This document shows, piece after piece, positions 51,935 through 60,381 of a DNA stretch of 64,000 bases. Within the stretch, counting starts at the first letter, position 1. Each line of letters opens with the position of its first letter. This DNA is from Thermoanaerobaculia bacterium (GTDB taxonomy: Bacteria > Acidobacteriota > Thermoanaerobaculia > Multivoradales > Multivoraceae): assembly GCA_963664405.1 (NCBI GenBank), contig OY761158.1, positions 2,400,001 through 2,464,000 on the forward strand, written 5' to 3'. Under the pieces are notes generated by a model that did no database searches, was not told the origin of the DNA, and saw nothing but the letters and a program-made list of their open reading frames with translations. The translations under genes were made by a program, and so were the position numbers.

Positions 51935-52266
51935 GCCAGCACGACAGCCTGACCCTCGAGCGCTGGCTGCAATTCGACCGCGACCAACAGCTCCTGATGA
52001 TCGCCAACGAGATGCATCGAGGCACCAAGCTCCGGCGGCCCGAGGGAGCTCGTCGCTGCTACGAGCGAGTGTTGCGGCTGACCGACCTAACGGTGCAAGC
52101 CGCGGAGCGGGCGACGTTCCGGCGCGAGCTCCTGCGTTGGCGCGATCTGGTCGCCGAGCTCTGGCTGAGAGACGAGCCCGATCGCCAGCGACACCTCGAA
52201 GCCCTACGCTGCCTGCTGCTCTTCAGTCCCGAGACCGCGCGACAACGACCCTGGATCCTACGGTAG
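51931..52266 (+). CDS. Hypothetical helical protein coupled to the DUF5674 gene
   Basis: ATGA overlap; QQLLMIANEMHR...YERVL.L.DLT...RELLRWR. Confidence 0.75.
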   Translation: MSQHDSLTLERWLQFDRDQQLLMIANEMHRGTKLRRPEGARRCYERVLRLTDLTVQAAERATFRRELLRWRDLVAELWLRDEPDRQRHLEALRCLLLFSPETARQRPWILR

Positions 52267-52671
52267 CGGCGACAGGGCCGCTCAGGCCAGCTTCTCGAAG
52301 ATGAGTCGGTTGTCCGAGCTGCGTCCGCGTACCCCGAGCGGTCCCGGGACATGGCGCAGGCTCAGGGACTTCCCCGCTCTGGGTTATACTCCTGCTGAGG
52401 CACCTGGATTCTCTGCCCCGGCATCGCGGGAGGCGGTTTGTGGATGAGGTCTTCCCGATCGCCTTTGACGAGAAGGTCAAGGAACTGTGCCTGCCGACGG
52501 AGCAGATCATCGCTCCCTTCTGTCGAGAAATCGGCGACTCCTGTCTCACAGACGATGAATGTTGCGGCTCGTTCTGCGATGGCACCTCGAAAGAGTGCGA
52601 CGTTATTTGACGCGACTCCAATAGGCAGCGTTGCGCATTCAATCCGGCCAGCTCGTAAGCCTCGGCTACGG

Positions 52672-53976
52672 GTGCCGCTCGTACGCGGTGCCCTGTTCCT
52701 ACTGCTTGCGGCGTCGCCGCTCGCGGCGAACGACTCATGGACCGCGTGGGGAGGTCCGAACGGGGATTTCACTCTGGACGACGTCTCCGGTCTGGCCGAG
52801 AAATGGCCGGAAGGGGGACCGCCGATCCTTTGGAGCCGAGAGTTAGGGTCAGGCTATTCGTCGATCATCGCGGAAGAGGGCGTCCTTTACACCCAGTATC
52901 GCGGTGTCAACATGAGCGATGAACGCGATGTGTCCGACCAGGAGCACGTGGTGGCGCTGGATGCGAGGACGGGCACCACGCTTTGGGACTTCGCCTACGA
53001 CGCCCCGAACGAAGCTCGGGCCAAGGGTCCGTGGGGAGGGGGTGCACGCGAGTTTATCCGTCAGGTAGGCGGGCAGCTGCTCTACCTGGGGCCGAACGCG
53101 ACGCCTCTGGTCTACGACGGCCTGGTCTATGCAATCGGCGGCACCGCGAAGATGCACGCCCTGGACAAGAAGAGCGGAAGGGTCGTGTGGGAGCGCGATT
53201 TCTTCACCGAGTTCGGGGCGCTCAGCGACATGCGCGGCCGCTCGCCGAGTCCGATCGAGTATGACGGCAAGATCATCATGGTGATCGGCGGCGACGCAGG
53301 CCGGGTGATGGCCTTCGACCCCAAGGTCGGGGACATCCTTTGGAAGAGCCCGCCCGGCGACGTGAGCCATGCGACGCCGATCGTCGCCAACGTACACGGT
53401 GAAGATCAACTCGTCTTCCTGACCGAGATGTTCATCGTAGGGCTCGCCGCGAAGACCGGCGAGGCGCGCTGGGATTTTCCTCACCCGAGCCGCGAGCGCG
53501 TCAATATCCCGAACGTTCTCTTTCTCGACGGCGAGTACTTCCTCGCCGGAGGGATCAATCAAAACGAGACGCAGCTCATCAGGATCAGCAAGCAAGGAGA
53601 CGCCTTCACGGCAACCAGGGTCTGGGCCGAGACCAACAAGATCAAGACCTACCAGACGCCGGGCCTGCGCTTCGGCGACCACGTCTATATGGGCGCCGAG
53701 CAGCTCTTCTACTGCTTCAACTGGAAGACCGACGAGATGGTGTGGAGGACTCGGGATTTTCCCAACGCCAACCTGCTTCACGCCGACGGCTCGACCCTTC
53801 TGCTGGACGGCGAGGGCAAGCTCAATCTGGTGAGACTGACGCCGAAAGGCGTCGATGTGGTCTCGTCGACGCAGCTCTTCGAGGCGCGGTCGTGGACGAG
53901 TCCGACCTTGGTCGGAACAAAGCTCTATGTTCGCAACAAACGTGAGATCAAAGCGCTCGAATTGGGCGCGAAATGA
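52672..53976 (+). CDS. PQQ-binding-like beta-propeller (BamB-like) secreted protein
   Basis: WTAWGGPNG, LGSGYSS, GPNATP, SWTSPTL..KLYVR; start uncertain. Confidence 0.85.
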   Translation: MPLVRGALFLLLAASPLAANDSWTAWGGPNGDFTLDDVSGLAEKWPEGGPPILWSRELGSGYSSIIAEEGVLYTQYRGVNMSDERDVSDQEHVVALDARTGTTLWDFAYDAPNEARAKGPWGGGAREFIRQVGGQLLYLGPNATPLVYDGLVYAIGGTAKMHALDKKSGRVVWERDFFTEFGALSDMRGRSPSPIEYDGKIIMVIGGDAGRVMAFDPKVGDILWKSPPGDVSHATPIVANVHGEDQLVFLTEMFIVGLAAKTGEARWDFPHPSRERVNIPNVLFLDGEYFLAGGINQNETQLIRISKQGDAFTATRVWAETNKIKTYQTPGLRFGDHVYMGAEQLFYCFNWKTDEMVWRTRDFPNANLLHADGSTLLLDGEGKLNLVRLTPKGVDVVSSTQLFEARSWTSPTLVGTKLYVRNKREIKALELGAK

Positions 53977-54056
53977 CGGTCGCTCCGGAGGACACTTGAC
54001 GAGACGAGGGCCAGCGGCGGGCTCAGCGATTGAGGCACCACGATAGAATCCGACCT

Positions 54057-54299
54057 ATGGAAGACGCCATCGCCAAAGGTAGAAGTGGATCCGGGGCTCT
54101 TTCGGACGAAGGTCTGCACGTGGCCTTCGATCTAGCCGAGACGGCCGAGCGCATCATGGCCCAGAACCTACGGCGACGGAACCCGGACGCATCGCCGCAA
54201 GAGCTCCGTCGCCTGCTGAGGGAGTGGCTGCATCACCGGCCCGGTGCGGAGCATGGCGACGGTGTCGGGCGAGCCACGCGCCGCGAACTCCCCTCGTGA
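54057..54299 (+). CDS. Small putative partner of nucleotidyltransferase
   Basis: QNLRRRNPDAS...REWL..RPGAEHGD; GTGA overlap with the next gene. Confidence 0.7.
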   Translation: MEDAIAKGRSGSGALSDEGLHVAFDLAETAERIMAQNLRRRNPDASPQELRRLLREWLHHRPGAEHGDGVGRATRRELPS

Positions 54300-54877
54300 C
54301 CAGACTCGAGCGCGTTCTCCTTTCGTTGGCGAGGGATCTCGACCAGATCGGCGTCTCCTTTGCCCTGATCGGCGGGCTGGCGCTGTCCGTGCGCGCAGAG
54401 CCCAGGACCACCCGCGATGTCGACGTCGTTGTGACCGTCGAGAACGATCGAGAGGCTGAGGCGATCGTTGCCTCTCTTCGCGACGCCGGATATCGGGTCG
54501 GCGAGTTCCTCGAAGAAACGACGATGAATCGCCTGGCCACAGTCCGGCTGGTTGCTCCGGACGAAGAGGAGACCGGAGTCGTCGTCGATCTGCTCTTTTG
54601 CTCGTCAGGAATCGAGCCGGAGGTGGTCGCTGCGGCGGACTGGCTCGAGGTTTCGCCGGGGGTCGAGTTTCGGGTGGCGGCTCGTGGGCATCTTATTGCA
54701 CTGAAGGTGCTCGCAGCTCGCGATCAAGACCTTGTCGACGCCAAGACGTTGCTGCGCTTCGCTACGGAAGAGGACTTGGTGACGGCGCGGCAAGCTCTCG
54801 AGAGGATAGGCGAGCTGGGTCTCGATCGCGGAACAGATCTCCTCGAGTCTTTGGCTGAGCTCATGGCCGATCTATAG
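54296..54877 (+). CDS. Nucleotidyltransferase (AbiEii/AbiGii-like)
   Basis: ALIGGLA, PRTTRDVD, LIALKVLA.RDQD..D. Confidence 0.85.
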   Translation: MTRLERVLLSLARDLDQIGVSFALIGGLALSVRAEPRTTRDVDVVVTVENDREAEAIVASLRDAGYRVGEFLEETTMNRLATVRLVAPDEEETGVVVDLLFCSSGIEPEVVAAADWLEVSPGVEFRVAARGHLIALKVLAARDQDLVDAKTLLRFATEEDLVTARQALERIGELGLDRGTDLLESLAELMADL

Positions 54878-54941
54878 AGGCGATGCTCGACGCGGGTCCT
54901 CGACTCCCTGATCATCGTGCCCGATCTGGTCGCTGACCGGA

Positions 54942-56132
54942 TCAGTGAGGGCGAGCCTCGAGGTGTTGCCGCAGTAGGTCCTTACCGTAGTCATTGCCAT
55001 TGGGGGTGCGGATCACAACGTGAATGTGGTCGCGGGTGGGCCCTCGCTCCTTATTGATCAGCCGCGTGCCGACCGGGAACTGGTGATCGAACTCGATCAG
55101 GATGACCGGACTGTGAATCCGGTAGTAAAAGACGGCGGCGTCGCTCACTTCTCCGGCCCAGGCGAACCAGGTGTCGTCCAGTTGGGCCGCGACCTCCGCC
55201 ATCCGAACCTCGGCGTGACCCTCCCGCATATTTCCGACAAAGAGCCCGATGAGATCGAGGAGCTGGTCTTTTTGCACCGCCGAGAGCCGGCTCGCCGGAA
55301 GGCCCTGGTATGCGACTACGACGTTGTCCTTGTTGGCCTCGCCCTGGTTGTAGTTGCGCGACTTGCTCGAGGCAAGCGTCGCGGAGGCCTGTTGTTCAGA
55401 ATCGAGCGCCCGCATCATTGCCAGTCCCTGGTTCTGCTCTTGCTGCAGGATGTGATTACCGGCGTATTTACCGCTGGTGGCCTTCACCGGCTCGCCGCCG
55501 AGGAACACCGGGGTCATGACCACCTGGTCGCCGAGCACGAAGTAGTTGATGACCAGGTGATGCCCGTCTATCTGCCAACCCCAGGGCTCGGTTGTCGAAG
55601 GAAGACCCATCAGGGTGAAGAAGTAGAGATCTTCGTCATAGCTCAAGATGTCGTTGTTGATCTCGCGCAGGGTCTGGTCGGTCTTCATGATGTCGAGGCT
55701 GAGCTGTAGGCCTCTTGCACTGAGCGATTCACCCATCAGTGCCATCGCCGCCTCGCGCTGCTCGCCGCTCATCTCTTTGAGGCTGACACCCGCGCGCAGA
55801 AAGATGCCATTGTCGACGTTGGACCAGTGCCGCCACTCCGTATCTTGAACAGAAAAGACGGTGCGCAATGTCTGGTCCGGTCGCAGGCTGTGCAGGAAGC
55901 GGTCGGCGGCCTCGACCACCGGCTCGGTCGAGACGCCGGAAGCACGGATGGAGAACAGGCCGGGTTGAACCTCGCCGTCGTCGGTCACGCCGACGAAAGG
56001 CTCATTGAGCGCTTTCAGGGCCTGCTGGGCAAACATGTGCTTCACTCCCAGGGTGCGAGCGTCATAGTCACCCTGGGCGAATGCGGCTCCGCACAACAGA
56101 ACAGGGAGCAGGGTCTCCAGTCGAAATGTCAT
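54942..56132 (-). CDS. DUF3500 domain protein
   Basis: WGWQIDGHHL, FYYRIHSP..LIEFDH, HIHVVIRTPNGNDYG. Confidence 0.9.
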   Translation of the reverse strand: MTFRLETLLPVLLCGAAFAQGDYDARTLGVKHMFAQQALKALNEPFVGVTDDGEVQPGLFSIRASGVSTEPVVEAADRFLHSLRPDQTLRTVFSVQDTEWRHWSNVDNGIFLRAGVSLKEMSGEQREAAMALMGESLSARGLQLSLDIMKTDQTLREINNDILSYDEDLYFFTLMGLPSTTEPWGWQIDGHHLVINYFVLGDQVVMTPVFLGGEPVKATSGKYAGNHILQQEQNQGLAMMRALDSEQQASATLASSKSRNYNQGEANKDNVVVAYQGLPASRLSAVQKDQLLDLIGLFVGNMREGHAEVRMAEVAAQLDDTWFAWAGEVSDAAVFYYRIHSPVILIEFDHQFPVGTRLINKERGPTRDHIHVVIRTPNGNDYGKDLLRQHLEARPH

Positions 56133-56137
56133 CTCGG

Positions 56138-56250
56138 CTCGCCTCCGGAAGTGATTGCTATCACTTCCTGCGGCTCGTTGCTAATGGCGCCGAGGACGGC
56201 GCACTCGGGCGGCGGGCGGCGCTTCCTATTCGCTCCGGGAAACGGCTCAG
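56138..56250 (+). repeat. Repeat family A copy
   Basis: GGAAGTGAT-TGCT-ATCACTTCC plus the shared tail ending CTCCGGGAAACGGCTCAG. Confidence 0.85.
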
Positions 56251-56285
56251 GGACCAGTACTCGGAGGGGGGAGCTGCCGCGCCCG

Positions 56286-57089
56286 TTAGCGAATGAACTT
56301 CAGGTTCGCGTAGCTATTCTCGTGGCCCATCCGGTCACTGGCGCCGGGAGCCCCACCATAGACCATGTAGTGGTGCGGGACCAGGACCCCGTCGACGGTG
56401 TGGAAGTCGGAAAGATGCATCGAGATTGACGCCGCCGGGACCATCTTGCGGTAGGTGAAGTACAGCCACTCCATCCGCTTCGAGGTCGGGTCGATGTAGA
56501 TGACGTACTGGTCATAGGTTTCGTTGGGCTCGGCCGAGCCCCAGGTCGCGTAGACCAGTTCGTAGGTCTTGCCCCCGACCTCGGCAGTGCCACCGTGGCC
56601 GATGAACTCTGCTTCGCTGATCCTGAACGGGAATTGGAACCACCAGTTCTTGACCGGCACCTTCACATGAGGGTCGGGGGCGTCTTTCGCAATGTGCTCG
56701 CCGTTCTTGATGTCGAAGTGCCGGCCATCGGCGAGGGCCCAGCCTTCACCCTTGGTCGGACCGTTGAGGAAGACCAGGTCGGCGTCGTCGGCGCCGAGTT
56801 GCAGAGCGGTGAAGTGAAACATCTGCGGATCTTCGGGCCATCCGCCCGCGGCTAAGCCTTCATCGCGGGCCGGGACGTACCACTTCGCCACCATGTCGAA
56901 CTCGGCCCCGCGGTAGCTCTTCCAGGCGTCGAGCCCGTAAGCCTTCTGCGCTTCATCGAGAAGAGCACGACCCTTGGTGGCTTCTTCGTCGGAGATGCCA
57001 TCGGCGACGGAGGCGGGTCGCACGTCCGATAGAGGTTGCCCACACACCGGAGCCGCAAGGGCAAGAGCGAGTATGGTTGGTTTCATCAT
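56286..57089 (-). CDS. Secreted hypothetical protein
   Basis: Signal peptide MMKPTILALAL; GGAG RBS. Confidence 0.75.
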   Translation of the reverse strand: MMKPTILALALAAPVCGQPLSDVRPASVADGISDEEATKGRALLDEAQKAYGLDAWKSYRGAEFDMVAKWYVPARDEGLAAGGWPEDPQMFHFTALQLGADDADLVFLNGPTKGEGWALADGRHFDIKNGEHIAKDAPDPHVKVPVKNWWFQFPFRISEAEFIGHGGTAEVGGKTYELVYATWGSAEPNETYDQYVIYIDPTSKRMEWLYFTYRKMVPAASISMHLSDFHTVDGVLVPHHYMVYGGAPGASDRMGHENSYANLKFIR

Positions 57090-57126
57090 GGATCTCCTTC
57101 CGGTGAATCTGGGGTTTTTGACCGTC

Positions 57127-58074
57127 TCATTGTGAAGCGGCACCATGTTCCATAACGTCGATCGTCATCAAGTCGCTGCCGACCTCGAGCGGACCCGCAT
57201 ATGTGGTCCTGGTCCTGCGCACAAGATCCTCCACAGATGTGCGCGCGAGGACGATGTGGGTGTAGACTGCCAACGCTGGCTGGATTTTTGCGAAAAGACT
57301 ACCCGCGTCCTCCGGGCTGGTGTGGTGGCCCATGGGCCCTAGCGACGTCATGGCCGCGAGTAGATCGGGGTCGACCATCATGACCTCGTGGATGACAACG
57401 TTCGCACCCGACGCGTGACGCACTAGATTCGTGCTGGGTCGGGTATCGCCTGAAAGGACAACGGACCGGCCGCGGAAGTCAATACGGTAGCCAAACGCCG
57501 GCTTGATATGTTCCCCGTGATCCACGTCGAAGACCGTCACTCGAACCCCGTCTCGCTCGTACACGATGCCTTCGGTCACGTCCGCGGCGTCGATCGCTAT
57601 GCCGGACGTCGACAGGCCCTCCTCATTCGAGCGAATTCGAATATCAGCTTGGTGCGCTTGTTCCATGTGCGACATCATGTCTCGCGTTCCCGCTGGCCCG
57701 TAGATTCGAAACGCCGTGGTCCGGCGCCCGAATCCAGCCGGCATCCAGCCGGTCAACCAAAGGTCTGAGAGTCCGTTCACGTGGTCCGAGTGGAGATGGG
57801 TCAGAAAGACGGCGTTGATGTCGCTCAGCGGGACCCCTGCCTGAGTCAGGCGCACGGTGGCGCCTCGTCCGACATCGAAGAGGAGTCGTAGGTCACCCGC
57901 TTCCACAAGCGTGCTCGGGCCAAAGCGCTCGACGTTGGGGAAAGGCGAGCCGGTGCCAAGGAGCGTCACGCGGAAGCCGTCCCGCTCGGAGGACGTCTGC
58001 GCGAAGAGACTCCCCGGCAAGAACGCCAAGAGAGATATTCCAACGCTCAATAGGGTGTAGGTCGATTTCTTCAT
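57127..58074 (-). CDS. MBL-fold hydrolase (RNase Z/AtsA-like), secreted
   Basis: LLGTGSP, THLHSDH, SGDT, HTSP. Confidence 0.9.
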   Translation of the reverse strand: MKKSTYTLLSVGISLLAFLPGSLFAQTSSERDGFRVTLLGTGSPFPNVERFGPSTLVEAGDLRLLFDVGRGATVRLTQAGVPLSDINAVFLTHLHSDHVNGLSDLWLTGWMPAGFGRRTTAFRIYGPAGTRDMMSHMEQAHQADIRIRSNEEGLSTSGIAIDAADVTEGIVYERDGVRVTVFDVDHGEHIKPAFGYRIDFRGRSVVLSGDTRPSTNLVRHASGANVVIHEVMMVDPDLLAAMTSLGPMGHHTSPEDAGSLFAKIQPALAVYTHIVLARTSVEDLVRRTRTTYAGPLEVGSDLMTIDVMEHGAASQ

Positions 58075-58129
58075 GAATCTCCTTTGATGTTCGAGCTCGA
58101 ATTCTATTCTCTCCAAAAGGCCCGCCCGC

Positions 58130-59179
58130 TCAGGGCCTCACCCGTACGTACTTCTGCAACTTACGCGGATAGACCTCGCCAGCATAGATATTGCCTTCGC
58201 GATCCACTGTAACCGACTCTGCCCCGAACCCTCTGGCCACACGTGGGTCTCCACTCGGATACAAGATGAAAGCGCTGACCCAACCTTTAGCGGCATCACC
58301 GATGCGAATGCCGTACTCCCACCCAGGGTTCTTGATGTTATCCGAGGTCGAGTCCGCCACGTAGATGCGGTCTTGCTCATCGAAGAAGAGGCCACTGGGG
58401 CTGCCGAACTGCGTCCAAGTGGAGAGGTGTGCTCCCTCCTGGTCGAAGATCTGGATGCGGTTGTTGGAACGGTCGCCCACGAACACTCGACCACGGGAGT
58501 CGATGGTGATCGCGTGCAGGGTGCGGAACTCGCCTGGCGCGTAGCCCGTCCGTCCCCACGCCTTGATGAATTCGCCGTCCTTGGTGAACTTCACGACCCG
58601 GTTGTTGCCGTCGTCGTTGTGGCCATCGGCGACAAAGACATCACCGTTCTTCGCGACAACGACGTCACTCGGGGCGTTGAAGTGCGAGGTGTCATCGCCC
58701 ATTACCCCTGGGGTACCCAACCGCATCAAGACCTCGCCTTCGGGGCTGAATTTGATCACCTGATGTGCGCGCGTCCCCGGCGGAGTCGCGGCGGCCGAGA
58801 CCGCATCGGTCACCCAGACGTTTCCTTCCGGGTCGACATCGATCCCGTGCGGCCAGATGAAGAGCCCCCCTCCGAGGCCCGCAACGACATTACCCTCAGG
58901 ATCGAACTTGAGCACGGAATCGAGATCGGAGTCGAGACACTCCGTGCCAAAAGTCGCCTCAGCCTCGCACCTCACCACCGCCCAGATGTGACGGCCGTCG
59001 AGATCGACCGTCACCCCACCGAGCCTTCCCATCGGCCGCCCCTCCGGGTCCTTCGCCCAGCCTTCGACAATGCGATAGGGGTTCGGCAGAGCCTGCGCAA
59101 CGGCCTCTTCTGCGACACCGAGCGGGGCTAGGACCGCAAATGCGATCGACCCCACGACCCCATGGAACTTCCGCCGCAC
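58130..59179 (-). CDS. NHL-repeat / PAL-like protein
   Basis: FIWPHGIDVD, FNAPSDV, DRSNNRIQIFD; paralog of 26364-27389; GTG start. Confidence 0.85.
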   Translation of the reverse strand: MRRKFHGVVGSIAFAVLAPLGVAEEAVAQALPNPYRIVEGWAKDPEGRPMGRLGGVTVDLDGRHIWAVVRCEAEATFGTECLDSDLDSVLKFDPEGNVVAGLGGGLFIWPHGIDVDPEGNVWVTDAVSAAATPPGTRAHQVIKFSPEGEVLMRLGTPGVMGDDTSHFNAPSDVVVAKNGDVFVADGHNDDGNNRVVKFTKDGEFIKAWGRTGYAPGEFRTLHAITIDSRGRVFVGDRSNNRIQIFDQEGAHLSTWTQFGSPSGLFFDEQDRIYVADSTSDNIKNPGWEYGIRIGDAAKGWVSAFILYPSGDPRVARGFGAESVTVDREGNIYAGEVYPRKLQKYVRVRP

Positions 59180-59183
59180 GTTC

Positions 59184-60101
59184 CTAGGCCACCGCGGCCG
59201 CGGCGATCTCCAAAGACTCACGGATTCCCGGCAGCGGATCCTCCGGCTGCTCCAGATGCTCCAGTGACAGGGCGCCGTCATCCGGGAACCCGACCTCGGC
59301 CAATGCGGCGAAGAACTCGGGAACGTCCAGGAATCCCTTGCCCAAGACGATGACGTCGCTATCCGGGTCGCGCCCGGACACGTCCTTGAGATGAATCCCG
59401 AAGACTCGATCGCCCAATCGCCGCAACGCCCCCGCGGGGTCCTCCGAACCTCGAATGGCGTTGCCCATGTCGAGGCAAGCACCCACATTGGGTCCCCTCC
59501 GGTCGATGGCTTTGACTACATCTGCGATTCGGTCGAAAGGCGAGCCCGGTGCGTTGTTGTGAATCGCCAGCCGGATTCCGTATTCGTCGGCGAGAGCCTC
59601 CAGACTGTCGATCGAGCTAGGCTCTGGGATGCAAGTCAGATTGCGGACTCCCAGATCCGCCGCGCGCGCGAAGAGATCCCGGTTCGAAGATTCGGTGCCC
59701 GATATCTGGATCGGCCCATATGCGGTCGGAGTGACATCCGCATTCGAGAGGAGTTCGCGCAGCTCCCGAATCTCGGCGGGTGTCGCCGCCGGACCTGCAA
59801 ACCGCCCCCTGGTCACTTCTCGGAGACGGATCTGGGCCAGCGTCAGTTCCAGCCAGTGGAGCCCGAGGTCCTCCACCGTCATGCGAACCGCTTCCGCCGT
59901 CGAAAAGCCGCGGAGGGACATTCCGTGGAGCCCCAGCGGGAGGCCCGCAAACCTCTCGCGGACCTGGTCACGGCCCGAAGCCCGCAACACCGGTGCGACA
60001 GCAAGGCTCGCCCCGGCACAAGCCGCGGCCCCCAGCAGACTACGCCGGCTCCATAGGCGATCCTCCACGCGCCTCGTATCCTGCTCGGTCGATTCGTTCA
60101 C
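59184..60101 (-). CDS. Sugar phosphate isomerase/epimerase (TIM barrel) with Tat signal
   Basis: SRRSLLG; LAIHN, CLDMG, IHLKD, LSLE. Confidence 0.85.
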   Translation of the reverse strand: MNESTEQDTRRVEDRLWSRRSLLGAAACAGASLAVAPVLRASGRDQVRERFAGLPLGLHGMSLRGFSTAEAVRMTVEDLGLHWLELTLAQIRLREVTRGRFAGPAATPAEIRELRELLSNADVTPTAYGPIQISGTESSNRDLFARAADLGVRNLTCIPEPSSIDSLEALADEYGIRLAIHNNAPGSPFDRIADVVKAIDRRGPNVGACLDMGNAIRGSEDPAGALRRLGDRVFGIHLKDVSGRDPDSDVIVLGKGFLDVPEFFAALAEVGFPDDGALSLEHLEQPEDPLPGIRESLEIAAAAVA

Positions 60102-60213
60102 TGTCGTCCTCCGCAGCTCTTCGCAGAAGGGTTCACCTCTGGCGAACGGTGATGAGATCTTAACCCGGCGTCTCAACTGCGATAGCATCGCGCTGAGCGG
60201 AAGGGGGCTGCCG

Positions 60214-60381
60214 ATGTCTAAACGAAGAAGCGCTGCGATTCTGACCTCTCTCATCTTCGCCGCGGCCTCCGTGGTCGCGCAAGGGAGCCGCCCCGAGCTG
60301 GGCAGCGAAGCGCCGGACTTCACGCTCGAGAGCAGCTCGGGAGAAAAGTACTCGCTATCGCAGCTCAGGGGCGAGAAGAAA
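60214..60381 (+). pseudogene. Peroxiredoxin/redoxin N-terminal fragment truncated by the IS91-like element
   Basis: Signal peptide then ELGSEAPDFTLESSSGEKYSLSQLRGEK, followed abruptly by an oriIS-like end. Confidence 0.75.

Noticed and set aside
52270-52670. ORFs between the DUF5674 pair and the propeller gene
   Set aside because: No recognisable family or convincing start; may be further debris
59184-59205. GCCGCGGTGGCCTAGG at the end of the TIM-barrel gene as another CTAG insert
   Set aside because: It forms the natural-looking stop of a complete protein; no frame disruption
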